Source: Conidiobolus incongruus B7586 (lineage: Eukaryota). From it: a DNA stretch of 43,072 bases. Below are positions 12,958 to 25,600 of this stretch, in pieces. Numbering within the stretch: the stretch's first letter is position 1; each line of letters begins with the position of its first letter. The translations under genes were made by a program, and so were the position numbers. The DNA is taken from positions 1 to 43,072 of the forward strand of contig JNEM01010509.1 in assembly GCA_000697335.1 (NCBI GenBank), written 5' to 3'. The notes beneath the pieces are model-generated. The model was given only the letters and a program-made list of their open reading frames with translations. It had not been told where the DNA came from and ran no database searches.

Positions 12958-13443
12958 ATGACTCTTGTTAAACTTTTATCCTCTGAAAACACTCCTTTTA
13001 CTGTTGAAAAAGATGTTATTATTCGCAGTGTTCTAATTAAAAATATGCTAGAGGATATTGGTGACTCTGGAACTCCCATTCCTTTACCTAATGTCACTGG
13101 TCCTATTTTGTCCAAAGTCATTGAATATTGTAATCACCATAGAAACGACCCCTTAGTTGTTGAAGATGATGCTAATGACAATAAGTCAAAGTCCTCTGAT
13201 GATATTGAACCTTGGGACCATCAATTCTGTAAAGTTGACCAAGGTACCTTATTTGAACTCATTTTAGCTGCTAACTACTTGGATATTAAGCCTTTGTTGG
13301 AGCTTACCTGCAAAACAGTTGCCAATATGATTAAAGGTAAAACACCCGAAGAAATTCGTAAAACTTTTAACATTGAAAACGACTTTACACCTGAAGAAGA
13401 AGAACAAATTCGTAAAGAAAACCAATGGTGTGAAGACCGTTAA
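12958..13443 (+). CDS. SKP1: SCF ubiquitin ligase adaptor Skp1, copy 2
   Basis: Same 161-aa protein as copy 1. Read base by base, the 486-nt CDS is identical to 10780-11265. Confidence 0.97.
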   Translation: MTLVKLLSSENTPFTVEKDVIIRSVLIKNMLEDIGDSGTPIPLPNVTGPILSKVIEYCNHHRNDPLVVEDDANDNKSKSSDDIEPWDHQFCKVDQGTLFELILAANYLDIKPLLELTCKTVANMIKGKTPEEIRKTFNIENDFTPEEEEQIRKENQWCEDR

Positions 13444-14319
13444 AACTTTGTAAGTCATTGTTCATTTCCAGTCAGATTTTTTTACTACTAAATATATAAT
13501 TTTACATCGTCAGCCTATTTCCTTTATATTTTCACCTGATTTCTATGGAATATTTACAATTTTTTAATATTACTATTTTTATACTCATATAATCCGAATT
13601 ATTTGTTTAGATTTTTATATTTCTATTCTTAAAAATTATTCTCTATTATTTACTATTAATTTAGCAATATAATAATTATTATAATGCTTCAATGTCCATA
13701 TTTAACATATGACATTTTTCAATTTTTCACCCATGTAGTTTCTATCCCTTTTTTTAATACCAAAATTGAGCAATTTAATACTGTTATCAAACATTCTACA
13801 TTATATAGTTATAATAAGTACAATAATTCTAATACAATTTAGATCGGTTTGATCAATATTTTAAATATCATCTCTTTTTAATTTGTTAAGTATTATAATT
13901 ATCGATTCAATTAAAATCATTTTGATAAAAATCTAAAATTATTAAAGACAAATCTTACCAATACTGGACTTCCAGAGTATCAATAACATAGTGGAAATGG
14001 ATAGAATTTTTAATCCTAATTAAATAAAATTAATATTTACTAACAGAGTTCATTGTGTTTAACCCAAGTATAATATTTTCTGAAACATTCCCTACTCTAA
14101 GTATAACATATATTACAAAATTCAGTTTTTGTTCAAATATTGACATTTTCCTTTAAATTGAGTATTAGTTTGTTTAATCAAAAATATTATACAAAGCTAA
14201 ATACTATATATTAATAATATATCAATTTTTTAAAATTATACTTTATAAATGAATATTTGTCACATTATACTTACATTTACCTGACAATTATGCATTATTA
14301 CAAGTTTATTTAAAACCTC

Positions 14320-15920
14320 AATCCTAACAAAGAAATTCCTATTAATTTCCAACCATTGTATTATTATGCTACTTTCCCTTAGCCTAATATAAATATCTTA
14401 TCTGTTTAAATGCAATGCTTTAAGCAAAACATTTATATTAATTATTAGTAAAACTTCTCTATAAAAACAGTTTATATTATTATTATAATCAAAAATTATA
14501 TTTATTAAATCATATAGAATTGACTTGTTAATACTTATATATTTAATAAACCTAATAAGAATAACCTAACCCTTTAATCTTTTTTTTAAGATTATATATA
14601 ATATTTTATATTTTTATATTTATTATTAACCTTATTTTATAAATTATTAAGACTTTTAATTAGCATTAAGATAGGATTTTTATATAAGATTTTAATAGTT
14701 ATAATGATCTATTAGATATTTAATACTCTAAGAGGATATTTTTAAAATTTATTGAACTAAAGATCAATTTATATCTGTTTAGTCTTTATATTATTACATA
14801 ATAATATTTGAAATTATATAGAATAATAATAAAAACCATGAGTATTCAAATTCTAATATAATTATTTATTCAAATATTATATTTTTATTATTGAATAAAT
14901 TCAAGTAACTTCATTAATGGATTTTATTGATTTTTATTTAATATAATATATATATATATATATTATTATTTTTTATAAATTTAAATTCAAATAGTTTTAA
15001 AGGTAATAGAAATATAAGAATCCTCAATTTTTAAATTATTGTTAATTATTTGAATATGAAAATTTGAATTAAAACATCACTGAATATTTTATAATTATCT
15101 TATATAATATTTTCATTAATTTCTAAATATTTTTATTAATAAAATTTACCTTTTATTCTTTTTAATTTAAAGGATCTTATCATCCATATATTGTATTATT
15201 CAGTCTAATTCACTTATTTTTATTAAAAAATTATACAAAGATATATTTTTGTCTAAATTATAATAATTGAAATGAATGTATTATTACATTACTTCTATGT
15301 ACCTTACTCCTCTTAAGATTGTAATTTTAAGCAAAATATCTATGCTAATATCAAATAAATTTAATTTATGACCATTAAATATAGAATTTGGTATACATAT
15401 ATGGAATTGGATTTTCTAATAACTACCATTGTCTGAAAGAGGTGAAAAACATTATATCTTTCCTATATTTCTAGTTAAATTATATATTACTTTTTATTAT
15501 TATTTAATTATATATTTATTTAACCTTAGGATACTAACACTTATACTGTAGGTAAAATTAATATTCATTTACAAATTATTAACTACCATCTTATCTCTTC
15601 ACTTCCCAAATACTTTTGGTTATTAGGACCCCAGGTCAATAATTATCTTTTTGGCCTTGGAAAATAATAAAAATCTTCAATAATATGTTATATATATATT
15701 TCATTTGTATTAAAATAATTAAATATAACATACTGAATATAATATAATGATAAAGAATTAAAATTCATAATATGTATTATATATAAATTTTTTATTATAT
15801 AATATTTTGGACACTCTAAAATATTTTATTTATGATTATTATATTTTTTTCAACAGTTATGAATTAATTGAAGGATTGCTCTTGTTAAAGCGATATTTTG
15901 TATGTTCTACTGTAATATAA
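14320..15920 (+). pseudogene. Possible highly decayed multi-pass membrane transporter gene (MATE-like)
   Basis: Scattered hydrophobic fragments with stops and frameshifts, in an order compatible with MATE proteins: FPTIVLL/INILSV (~14350-14405), CLNYNN*NECIITLLLCTL (~15250-15305), NNYLFGLGK**KSSII (~15640-15685), QQL*IN*RIALVKAIFCMFYC (~15850-15912). Motif similarity judged by eye only. Confidence 0.25.
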
Positions 15921-16049
15921 AATGAGCATCAATCACTTTATTATTTGATATAACTAAACGGAAGAAATTAATATTAAATATAAAAGGTGATATTATAATA
16001 TTTCCATTAAATATTACTTTATGATTCATATTTTTATTATTTGATAATG

Positions 16050-16800
16050 TTCAATCATCTCTTAACCCAATTTTATAATATCTATATTTTTGTAATTGAG
16101 CTTATTCGAGAAATTAAAAAATAATTAATATTGAAACAAATGCTTTGCTAATGTTAATTCTATAGATGATATTAATGAGATATAATGTGAAAATAATATA
16201 ATTTATCATTAATATAACTCACTTTATATTTTATCTCAAACATCTTGTATCAGATGGATAAATTATCAGTCAAGTTGTAAAAAATTGTCTCAATGAAAAT
16301 ATAAACTGAGAATAGATGGTATTTTCAACCATAATGCAAAGCTTAAAGTTAATAAATCACTTTGAAATATTATAAAGATCCAATTTTTTTCGGTTTATTT
16401 ATATTTAATAAATACTTGTTTTCTCCTTCAAGAAATTGTATTATAAATTGTTAAAAAATCTTTTATGTCTAATTAAATTTTGATTAAATTTGCTAAATTC
16501 AATTTTAAAGTTTTTAATGAATGTTTTAACATTGAAGGATAAGTAACTCTTACATTACTTAGATCCACAATCGTTAAATGTTATATTTTAGTATATTTTT
16601 AAATAGAATTGAGATAAAAATTACAGTTTTACTATAGGTTATATGATTATTATCAGTTAGAAATTTATAAATGGATTTTTCAAGTGGTCAAATGTAATTA
16701 AATGAATGGAATAGAAGTATGATCGAGGAGTTATTAATCATTGTGAATGACTGAAATATTGGTTTAAATCATCAACAAGTCAATAAAATAATATAGTATT
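16050..16800 (-). pseudogene. Decayed F-box/leucine-rich-repeat-like gene
   Basis: Minus strand 16580-16476 reads HLTIVDLSNVRVTYPSMLKHSLKTLKLNLANLIKI (LxxLxL repeats). Upstream is FY*LVDDLNQYFSHSQ*LITPRSYFYSIHLITFDHL (F-box-like spacing); downstream are KKLDLYNISK* and LKIPSILSLYFH*. Many stops and frameshifts. Confidence 0.35.
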
Positions 16801-17193
16801 AACTTTTATTATATATACCACAATATACCATCTGAATTAACAACACAGGGTTTAATTTATTCTTATTTTATTCGCTATCTTTCGAAAAAGTAAGTATATA
16901 AATTTGATATTTTTTTAATATTAAACAGAATTTGAAAAAATCCATTATGAAATAAATCTTGATTAGTTGAAAAATAATAACCAATCAGTAGCAAAAACTC
17001 CATCAAACTCATCCAACATTTGTGATTGGATACATAGCATCACTTATTAATAGATGATATAGTATCATTATGAGATTTATCCTTCGAAAACGCTAATTAT
17101 CAATTATATACCTAACCAAAAACAATTAAGCTCAGTTGATATTAAATAAATCCAAAATATACTTTATATAAATATTATAATACTTGAAAAGAT

Positions 17194-19678
17194 ATGAGTT
17201 ACTTCAATAAGTACACTATTTATTATATTTTCATTTCCAATTTGATTAACCAAATTCTTTTAGTAACTCTAATTCTCCTTATTTAAGAAGAATGACATCT
17301 GACTATCCCAATAACACACCTTCTACTTCAAACTCATCGTCAGCTCCCACTTCAAGGATCCCTAAAAATGTCACAAATGCTGATTTGGCTCAAAATCAAA
17401 AAATCTTTGCCAGTAAAAGTTTGAACCTTTTAAAAAACATTACTGCTACTCGCTCCCTGTTGCAAGAATTAAGAACTATCAACCAAACTCATTGGAAACT
17501 TTTATATCCTTCACAATCAACACCTTCCTTGAAAAGAGGGGCATCTTTTTCTCCGCTTCCTGAATCTTCGGAATTCAAGAGTAGAAACACTAGGACTAAT
17601 AGTGCATTTGGAAATTTACCCATGTTTGACGAGTCTAATGGCTCCGATAGTTTGTCTTCTACTTTAGTTTCCGAGCCCAATTCACTTGGCATTCTTAATA
17701 TCGATCTCAAATTCTCTGGACATTCACATCAAACATTGGTTGAGAGTTTAGAAGAACAATCTGTTGCCAGTTTGTTTGAAGATAAAATTAACTATTGCTT
17801 GAATTATCTAGACAAGTTATCTGCTAGAATTTCTGATAAAAGCTCAAAGGTTCTTGTTACTGGTGATCTGAATTCTGGTAAAAGTACTTTCGTTAATGCA
17901 TTGTTAAAACGTCGTGTTATGCCTACAGATCAACAACCATGTACCATGTTATTCGTTGAGACCTTGAATGTTAAATTGAACGATGGTGTGGAAGAGGCAC
18001 ATGCAATTCCTGTAGCTGCTCTCTATGATCGTACAGATCCATCTACATTTGTTGTAATTCCTATGGAAGATTTGGAAAGAACTGTTGCTGAAGACTACAC
18101 AAAGTATGAGTTGGTTAAAGTTTACTGTCACGAACCCGAAGGAAATGAAAGCATGCTTTACAACGGTATTTTGGATATCGCGCTTATTGACTCTCCTGGT
18201 TTAAATCGCGATTCTATTAAGACCACTCAACTTTTTGCTCGTCAAGAGGAAATTGATGTTGTCGTGTTCTGCGTTCATGCTGAAAACCAATTTACTCTGT
18301 CGGGACAAGAATTTTTACAAACTGCTGGGAGAGAGAAGGCTTATATTTTTATCGTTGTTAATCGTTTCGATACTATCAGAGACAAAAATCGATGCAAACG
18401 TCAAATCTTAGAGCAGATTAAAAACTTATCTCCTCATACCTATCGAGACGCTGATGATTTGGTTCACTTTGTTAGTGCTGAGCACTGTTTCCCTGAAGAT
18501 GAAGATATTCCTGATGCTCTTCCATCTGATGACATTCCCGAAGATTTTGGGAGATTAGAAAATAGTTTGAGAGGATTTATCCTTGAAAAGAGAGCTAGAT
18601 CCAAATTATATCCAGCCAAAAGATTTCTTTTAAATACTCTCACTGATGTTGTTTCATTATCCGAGTTCAACTATTTCAAAGCCCAACATAAAGCCAAGGA
18701 AGTTGAAGAAGCTTTACAAATTATTTTGCCCAAATATGAAAAAACCCTTGAGGCCCGTACCACCTCAATGGCCAAGGCTGATCAAATCATTAATTCCTCT
18801 GCCGAATTTGTTCGTAATCATACTTTGGATCACTTATGTTCATTCATCGATTCATTGGAACAATCCATCAAATATCCAAGATGGACAAGCTTATTCCACT
18901 ACCATCAATATATCTCTACCCTTCGTCAAAACATCCAAAAGGCCACTTTCAAGCAACTTCAAGCTTGCAATGCCACTGCTCAAGAAACAGCCCTCAAGGC
19001 ATACGAATCCATCATCACACTCCATGAAGATGAGACATCGGAAGTTCCTCGCCTTGAACTCGTCACTAATCCAAAGGATTATGTCTTGGACATTTCTGTT
19101 TCTTGGTATGAGCTATTTGACATTGCCAACAAATTACAACACATTGCTGCTGGTATTTCCGCAGTTTCATTTTTAGGCACACAAATCTTAGGAACTCGCC
19201 AATGCATTATGTTCGCTTTAAACCTTGTCCCTACATTCCAATCTACTGCTGCTCGTATTAGTGTTTTAGGATTATGTGTGACAGGTAAAATGCCAATTAA
19301 GTTATTCCACAATATATACTAATCAAAAGACTAGGCTTAGGAGTTGCCTATATTTCTTGCACTAACTTGGAAAAGAATGCTAAAGAAAAGATGTTGGAGA
19401 AAGCTAAAGCTCAGCTCAAGCAAAAACAGTTACCATCTAACACATCTCTTCGTTTAACTCAATCAATTCAAGGTCATCTGAGATTAGCTACATGCCAGTT
19501 ACATGCTCATTATCAAACTGTTTTACAAGATCAAGAGAAGCTTAAAATGGATCAACTTCAACTTAAACATTCTATTTCTCAAACTACTGACCAGTTGAAT
19601 CAAATTTTGACCAAGGCCACCGATTTAATTAGTAAGATTGAAGCCATAGATACCGACGATGGTAAACTCCATGCATAA
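17194..19678 (+). CDS. FZO1: Mitofusin, dynamin-like mitochondrial fusion GTPase (~793 aa)
   Basis: Exons 17194-17210, 17264-19284 and 19335-19678 splice in frame, joining ORFs 17292-19322 and 19367-19678. Motifs: SKVLVTGDLNSGKSTFVNALL (G1), PTDQQPCT (G2), LIDSPGLN (G3), ARQEEIDVVVF, EKAYIFIVVNRFD (G4). C-terminal hydrophobic segments and a coiled coil. Confidence 0.93.
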
Positions 19679-19698
19679 ATTATTTAAATTATTATTTA

Positions 19699-19701
<3 letters not shown>

Positions 19702-19746
<45 letters not shown>
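19702..19746. repeat. (TA)n microsatellite, ~22 units
   Basis: Perfect TA run just after the FZO1 stop codon. Confidence 0.95.
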
Positions 19747-19750
<4 letters not shown>

Positions 19751-20763
19751 TAGTCTATAAATCCAAAAAATTGAAATATTTCAATAAATACTATTCGAAA
19801 TTTGGTTAATATGATTTTTAACAGCTTAATTGTCTTTTTATTCAATCAATTTGAAATGCATCTGGAGATTATTCTCTATACTAATATTAAGAATAATTAT
19901 ATTAGATTTTATAGTACACCGATTGGTATATTACTTATTATTAGATATAACTTACCAGAATATGATCAAGGATAGTATCATTTAAATTGCCCGAATTAAA
20001 GCAACTTTGTAATGAACTATTTGATTTATTGAATCATTTGTCTGATACTTTGTATTATTATAATATTAAATATAAATCACCATTTTATAAACTGATTTGT
20101 TAAAATAATATATATTTCGTGAGGTTTATTCAACTATAATATGTTTTCTATATTGAAACTATTGATTCTTGATTATTTAATTAATCAAAAAATTGTGCAG
20201 GGTCTCGTGTCAAGGTTAAACAAGTGAAATTTTTAAATTAATATGACACAAGATTTTCTCATAATCAATTATATACCCATTTCTATTAATCCAAATATTT
20301 CTTATATTATTCAAATTAATTATTTAAATAATATTATATTATATATGATTATCTTGTAAGAAATAGGTACGGTATAAAAAATAAAAGTTGAATGAATATA
20401 AGTTTGTACAAATCTTAAGATTAAACCAATGAAAATTGGTCCTGAGATTGGCATTATTTTATGAATGGAAAGAGCATGAATTTAATTATTGATTTTCAAT
20501 GTAATAAAGATTTGAATCAATATAACAGAGCGAATAGTAATTGATTGAGTATTCCAAATCTATTAATTTGTACAATATTATCATCATGCCATAGCCAGCA
20601 TTTAATTTTAAATTCGTCAAATTGACGATTAATTATATCAATGTTATTTTTATATATAAATCTTGGATCAATATATAAATAACTGAAATCACTGAATTCT
20701 CCAACTTTCTTCATTTTGATTAATTATTTATTCATATAAGTTATATTAAAATTCATTCAAATA

Positions 20764-22208
20764 ATGAATTCTAATAATGATAGTATCATTTATCTTTATA
20801 CAATGAATCGAGTTATTTATATTATTAATATTGTATTCAATAGTATTACAATATTATTACAATTAACCTTATTTGTTATATATCGAATATTGGGTAATAA
20901 ATATAAAATAATATTGAATATAGTAATTTTAATTTATTTTTATTTGTAGTAAAATATCAACACATCAAAGTACGTAGGATAAGTTTCAAGCTGGCTTGTA
21001 ATCTATCTGTATTCTTTATTTTAAGATCAATTGGTATATTAGTTTATACGATTCAACCAAAATTAATTGGGCACTGGTGTGGCTTTATTATGTGGTTGAT
21101 ATTGTTTGATTCCGTTGTAATATATACTGTATACATATTAATGTGTTTGAATTTAAATCTAAGCTTTTTAAATCATGTCCAGTATCAGCCAAGATGGGTT
21201 AGAGCTTACTATTTATTTGGATTTTTGATTCCGTTTGCATTTACTCTGGTTCCTTTTATTATGGGCTTTTATAGTTATAATGAGGCATTGGGAAAATGCA
21301 CATTATTCAATAGCTATGAAGTAGTCAATTCTGTGAATTGGATATGCTATAACTTTTGGATTATTCTATCATTTTTATATTGTACTATTATCGCCATTCT
21401 TTGCACCATTTACCTTAAATCTAAAGTATTCGAATTAAAAGATCGAATTACTGCTGACGACCCAACGCGCCAAACGGAAAATTTGTTATTTCAGCTGAAG
21501 AGAATTGTTTCAAGGATGTAAGTATTAATTAATTATTAGAATATAAAATATATATTAATATGCTAATAGAAATCTATATAATTGGATCCCTTTCATTTGT
21601 CTATTATTTCCAGTTATCGAATTAATTTATGGACAGGTTACTTATCGAACTAATACTGCTATAACATTACTTTCAACCATTACTATAAGTAATCAGCATT
21701 TTGAAATTTTTTATAAGGTCACTAATATATTTGTAATTTAGATTCAATCGGAATTGTGCATTTTATAGTATTTTTACTTGATCCAGCACTTCAAAATGCT
21801 TACTACTCAATTCAGACTGAGATGTTGACTTATTACGATTTGTTAGAAGAGAATAGACATGAACCTAATTTAAAACAGAAAATTCAATATTATTTGGTGC
21901 TCGCTTTCTTTGTACCCAAGAGCTATTTGATTGCTAGAGACTATGCTTCGGCGGATTTGGATCCAGATCAATTGACATCAAACCATGAAATTAGTATAAT
22001 ACTAGATAATGATATTCAACCCAATAACTTGAATTATGAAGAGTATGATTCTGAAGATGGTGTTAATGATATAAACGCGAATTCTTATTATAATTCACAG
22101 CGCACCACTCGTCAATATGGAAAAACAGGTGGATCCACGAGAATTCAGTCCGTATCTGCTAGTTCTTTTTATTTAACAGACTATGACCAACATTTGAGTA
22201 TTCTCTAG
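20764..22208 (+). CDS. Putative 7TM G-protein-coupled receptor (cAMP-receptor/family-2-like fungal GPCR), ~427 aa
   Basis: Exons 20764-20893, 20950-21517, 21570-21688 and 21742-22208 splice in frame. About seven hydrophobic segments, RRISFKL after TM1, Cys at the top of TM3 (HWCGF) and in ECL2 (GKCTL), TM7 ending GIVHFIVFLLDPAL, and a polar cytoplasmic tail. Confidence 0.72.
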
Positions 22209-22615
22209 AAATCAATGTTAGGAATAAAATATGAGCTTTTATGAAATCATCTATATCAAATTTACTTTTCGACTTTTCAAATGATCCAAATATGGTTCAT
22301 GAAATGACTCAAATTACCAATCAATTATATCATGTGAATTTGATGATTCGATAAAAATAAATATTCACAAAGCCCTAGGAATATCCTTAAATTACTGTTA
22401 ATCTTTTTAGTATTAGTTTATGTGATGAAATGGATATTTAAATGATAAGATATAAACTTTAAGTCATTTATCTTTTACCCAGTATATTAATTTTTTGATT
22501 ATATAATATTCAGATTTAATATTGTATCTACTTTCAATATTTTATTTATTAGCATATATTTTAAATTAAATCTTATCGAATCACTTAAAATTCACATATT
22601 TCTATTTTAATCAAC

Positions 22616-25600
22616 ATGAATTGGATATGGACAATTACCTTTACAATCATCGCTTGGAGTTTATTTGTATTCCGTAGAGCAATATTTTATTCCAAGCATA
22701 TTCCTACGATCAGGTAATCTATTATATTGTGTATACTCTGAATTATTTATTTATTTGTCTTTTAAATATTTAGACCAAATGCTGATTCCAAACAAGATGA
22801 AGATGATCACAATCTAAATTTATATAATATTGTTGAAAGTTTATTAGATCTACCTCAAGTTAGAAAGCTTAGACTAAGTCACGATATGTTAAATAATGTA
22901 ATATTAAATCACTATTTAATTACTCATATTAATACTAATGACAATTCAATATTCAATACAGATCTATTTATCTTATTTACCTCAAAATGAAATTATTTGG
23001 ATAAAAAAAGCTAAAACTTATAACCCTTTAATTAGGTAATAGCATAGTTTTTAAATATTACAAAAATTTAAAATTAATTTGAATTTTATAGATTTTTCCT
23101 ACAGTTACATTTTCATGGTTTTGAATGGTTTTTAAAAGGTCAAAATATTGAGAATTATATCGATGTTTTAAACAATTGGTAATTTGAATTTAATATATTT
23201 ATAATTATATTCATTAATATAAATTTATATAGTGCAAGCTCTGACCTTCTTAGTTATGAAAATCGAATGGTAGTCAAGATAACCAATGACAGAGACAGAA
23301 ATCAAGAACTCAATGTAATCCACTCACGTTAAATCTATGTATAACTTGATTTGACATTATAATTAGCTTAAAGTATCTAAGACTTTATTAAACTATTTAA
23401 AAACTAAATTGAATAATACACAATTAAAGGATTTGAGTAATAAGGAAAAAAGAGAGCTTTTTATTAAAACAGTAAGTTAAATATTTTAGAATTTTAATTA
23501 TGATTACTTAATTTATTATATTATATAGTTAAAAACCGCTGTTCACTTTGTTAGAGGTGTTGGGTATATTCATTACAGACATTTGATTGTACCTAAAGTC
23601 AATTGGGATGATCCAGAATTATTCAAAGTAGGTATATTTGGTAAATGTAAACTTTTTTAAATGATTAATGTAAAATGAATAGATGATGGAAGCAATTGGA
23701 TCAAAATTAGATCCTGAAGTGTTTAAAATTCGATTGAGATTAGTTGATATTGCTGTGATAGCTAGTTTACATTCTGATCAATTTTGGGATAATAATTTTA
23801 TAATTATTGAATACAGATCAGGTATTTGAATCTTATTTTTGAATTTAGCAATTAATTTAATTCTTTTATTAATTCTCAAAGATCCAATGAGCCGAGTTCA
23901 GGCAACTGCTAGAAATCAAATTGCTTTAGTTAGAGCTAGATTTAATACTGCTAAAGAATTGGCTAAAGAAAAAATGAGTTTATTTAATAGTAAGTAGTGT
24001 TGAAGAAGGATCTATTATAATTTATTAATCTATTGATCTAGATCACCTGAATGAATTTCGTCATTTAGCTTCTGTGACTGGTTATACTACACCCGATCCT
24101 CAAGGTATTAAATGAAATTTTAATCAGTGTATGAAAATAAAATTAACATAATCATTTAGAATTAGAAACTTATAATACATCCGAAGAAATCCAAGCTCAA
24201 GAACAGTTGATTGCTAGAATTTTTACCAAGTTTTTGGTTGAAAGAGGAAGGCACCCAATTAAAGTATATATACATATATATTCCATCTCTATATCCTTTT
24301 ATCTAATTGAAATAACTAGGATTCTTTATGGAATTCATTAGTTCTTGTTGCAGACAGATTTATCAAGAGATCTAATAAAAATATTTTGGGTGAAGAATAT
24401 GACAATTTATTGAATCAAGTCATTGCTTCCAAGTTGGGTGTGGTATGTATTAATGTTTATTTTTATAGTTATATTTATTCTCATTTTGCTTGATTTAGAC
24501 TGTTGATATCCTTAATTCAAATGATGGGTTTCAAGAATTCGCTTACAAATCCCATCTACATCGATACATGGCTGTATATAATCATGATTTAGAAGTAATT
24601 CCTGATACCAACGAAATTAAAATTTTGTGTAATGGAACTTTAAGTTATTGGAAGGTAATTTTATATTATTTGTAAAGCATATATGATATTAACAATAAAA
24701 TTTATAGGATATTAAAGATAGTTTAAGAATTGATCCTGACACAAAGCAATTCCTTGGTCATTATTCAGAAACTGGACTTATTGATCGCGGTTTAACTGAT
24801 TGGACTGAATTGGTACCATTCAAACATGAGGCTACTCTTCCACCGCCTTGGGGAAATCGATATATTTGTGAAATTGTCAGTTGGATCATTGATGCTCCTC
24901 GAATCAATGGTGATCATTCGTTTTTAAGATTCAAAACACCTCAAGGAGAGTGGTACTCAGTGGGTCAGTATATGCCTGTGAAGCATAATGCTAGAGATCA
25001 GTTCATTTTCCCAATGCGTGTGAAACAATGCCGATTTATGTGTCCTGATATCAGTGAATATTGGGAAGGTCCTGTTACTATTATCGAGTTTGAAATTAGT
25101 AAATCGGCATTCCTAGAAATTAAGAAAAAACTTGAAGAAGATCAAAGGAAAAAAGAGCACCTTTATCAAGTGAGTTTTGCTTTCAATTCATTTTAATTTA
25201 ATATACTTAACTATTTTTAATTAGTTCTTACATGATAACTGTACTATCTATGTTAAGTCAGTATTAGAGATAGCAGGAATTCAATTACCTAGTTCAATGA
25301 GTCTTTCAGATTTACTATTTCCCAATATCTCGCGTTGGGGTAGAGCTATACATCGAATGAAATGGACTCCGAAATTTATTCGCCCTCTCATTAGACTCAG
25401 CTGGACAATGATGATCAACTGCATTCTTCTATTGTTTGGGTCTGGCGCCGTTGATCGTCAAATTAGAGAAACTACGAAAGGAGTGGTGCCATTCGTTAGT
25501 AGTTGGAAAGATTTCACTGATCCCAAAAAGGTATTTATATCATACAATACTCAAATCAACTTTATTAATTTTCATTCATTAGGTTATTTCGGAGCATCCT

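Noticed and set aside
6216..13443. Functional cluster of the cyclin with SKP1
   Set aside because: Adjacency alone is not evidence in a eukaryote, and no shared motif was seen.
11086..13458. Duplicated 64-aa antisense ORFs and ORF 12921-13121
   Set aside because: Antisense to SKP1; duplicated only because SKP1 is.
17489..19312. Several short antisense and alternate-frame ORFs within FZO1, including 18646-19176
   Set aside because: Codon-bias shadows of the FZO1 frame.
20517..20714. 65-aa minus-strand ORF upstream of the GPCR
   Set aside because: Short, AT-rich and without a motif; cannot be supported.
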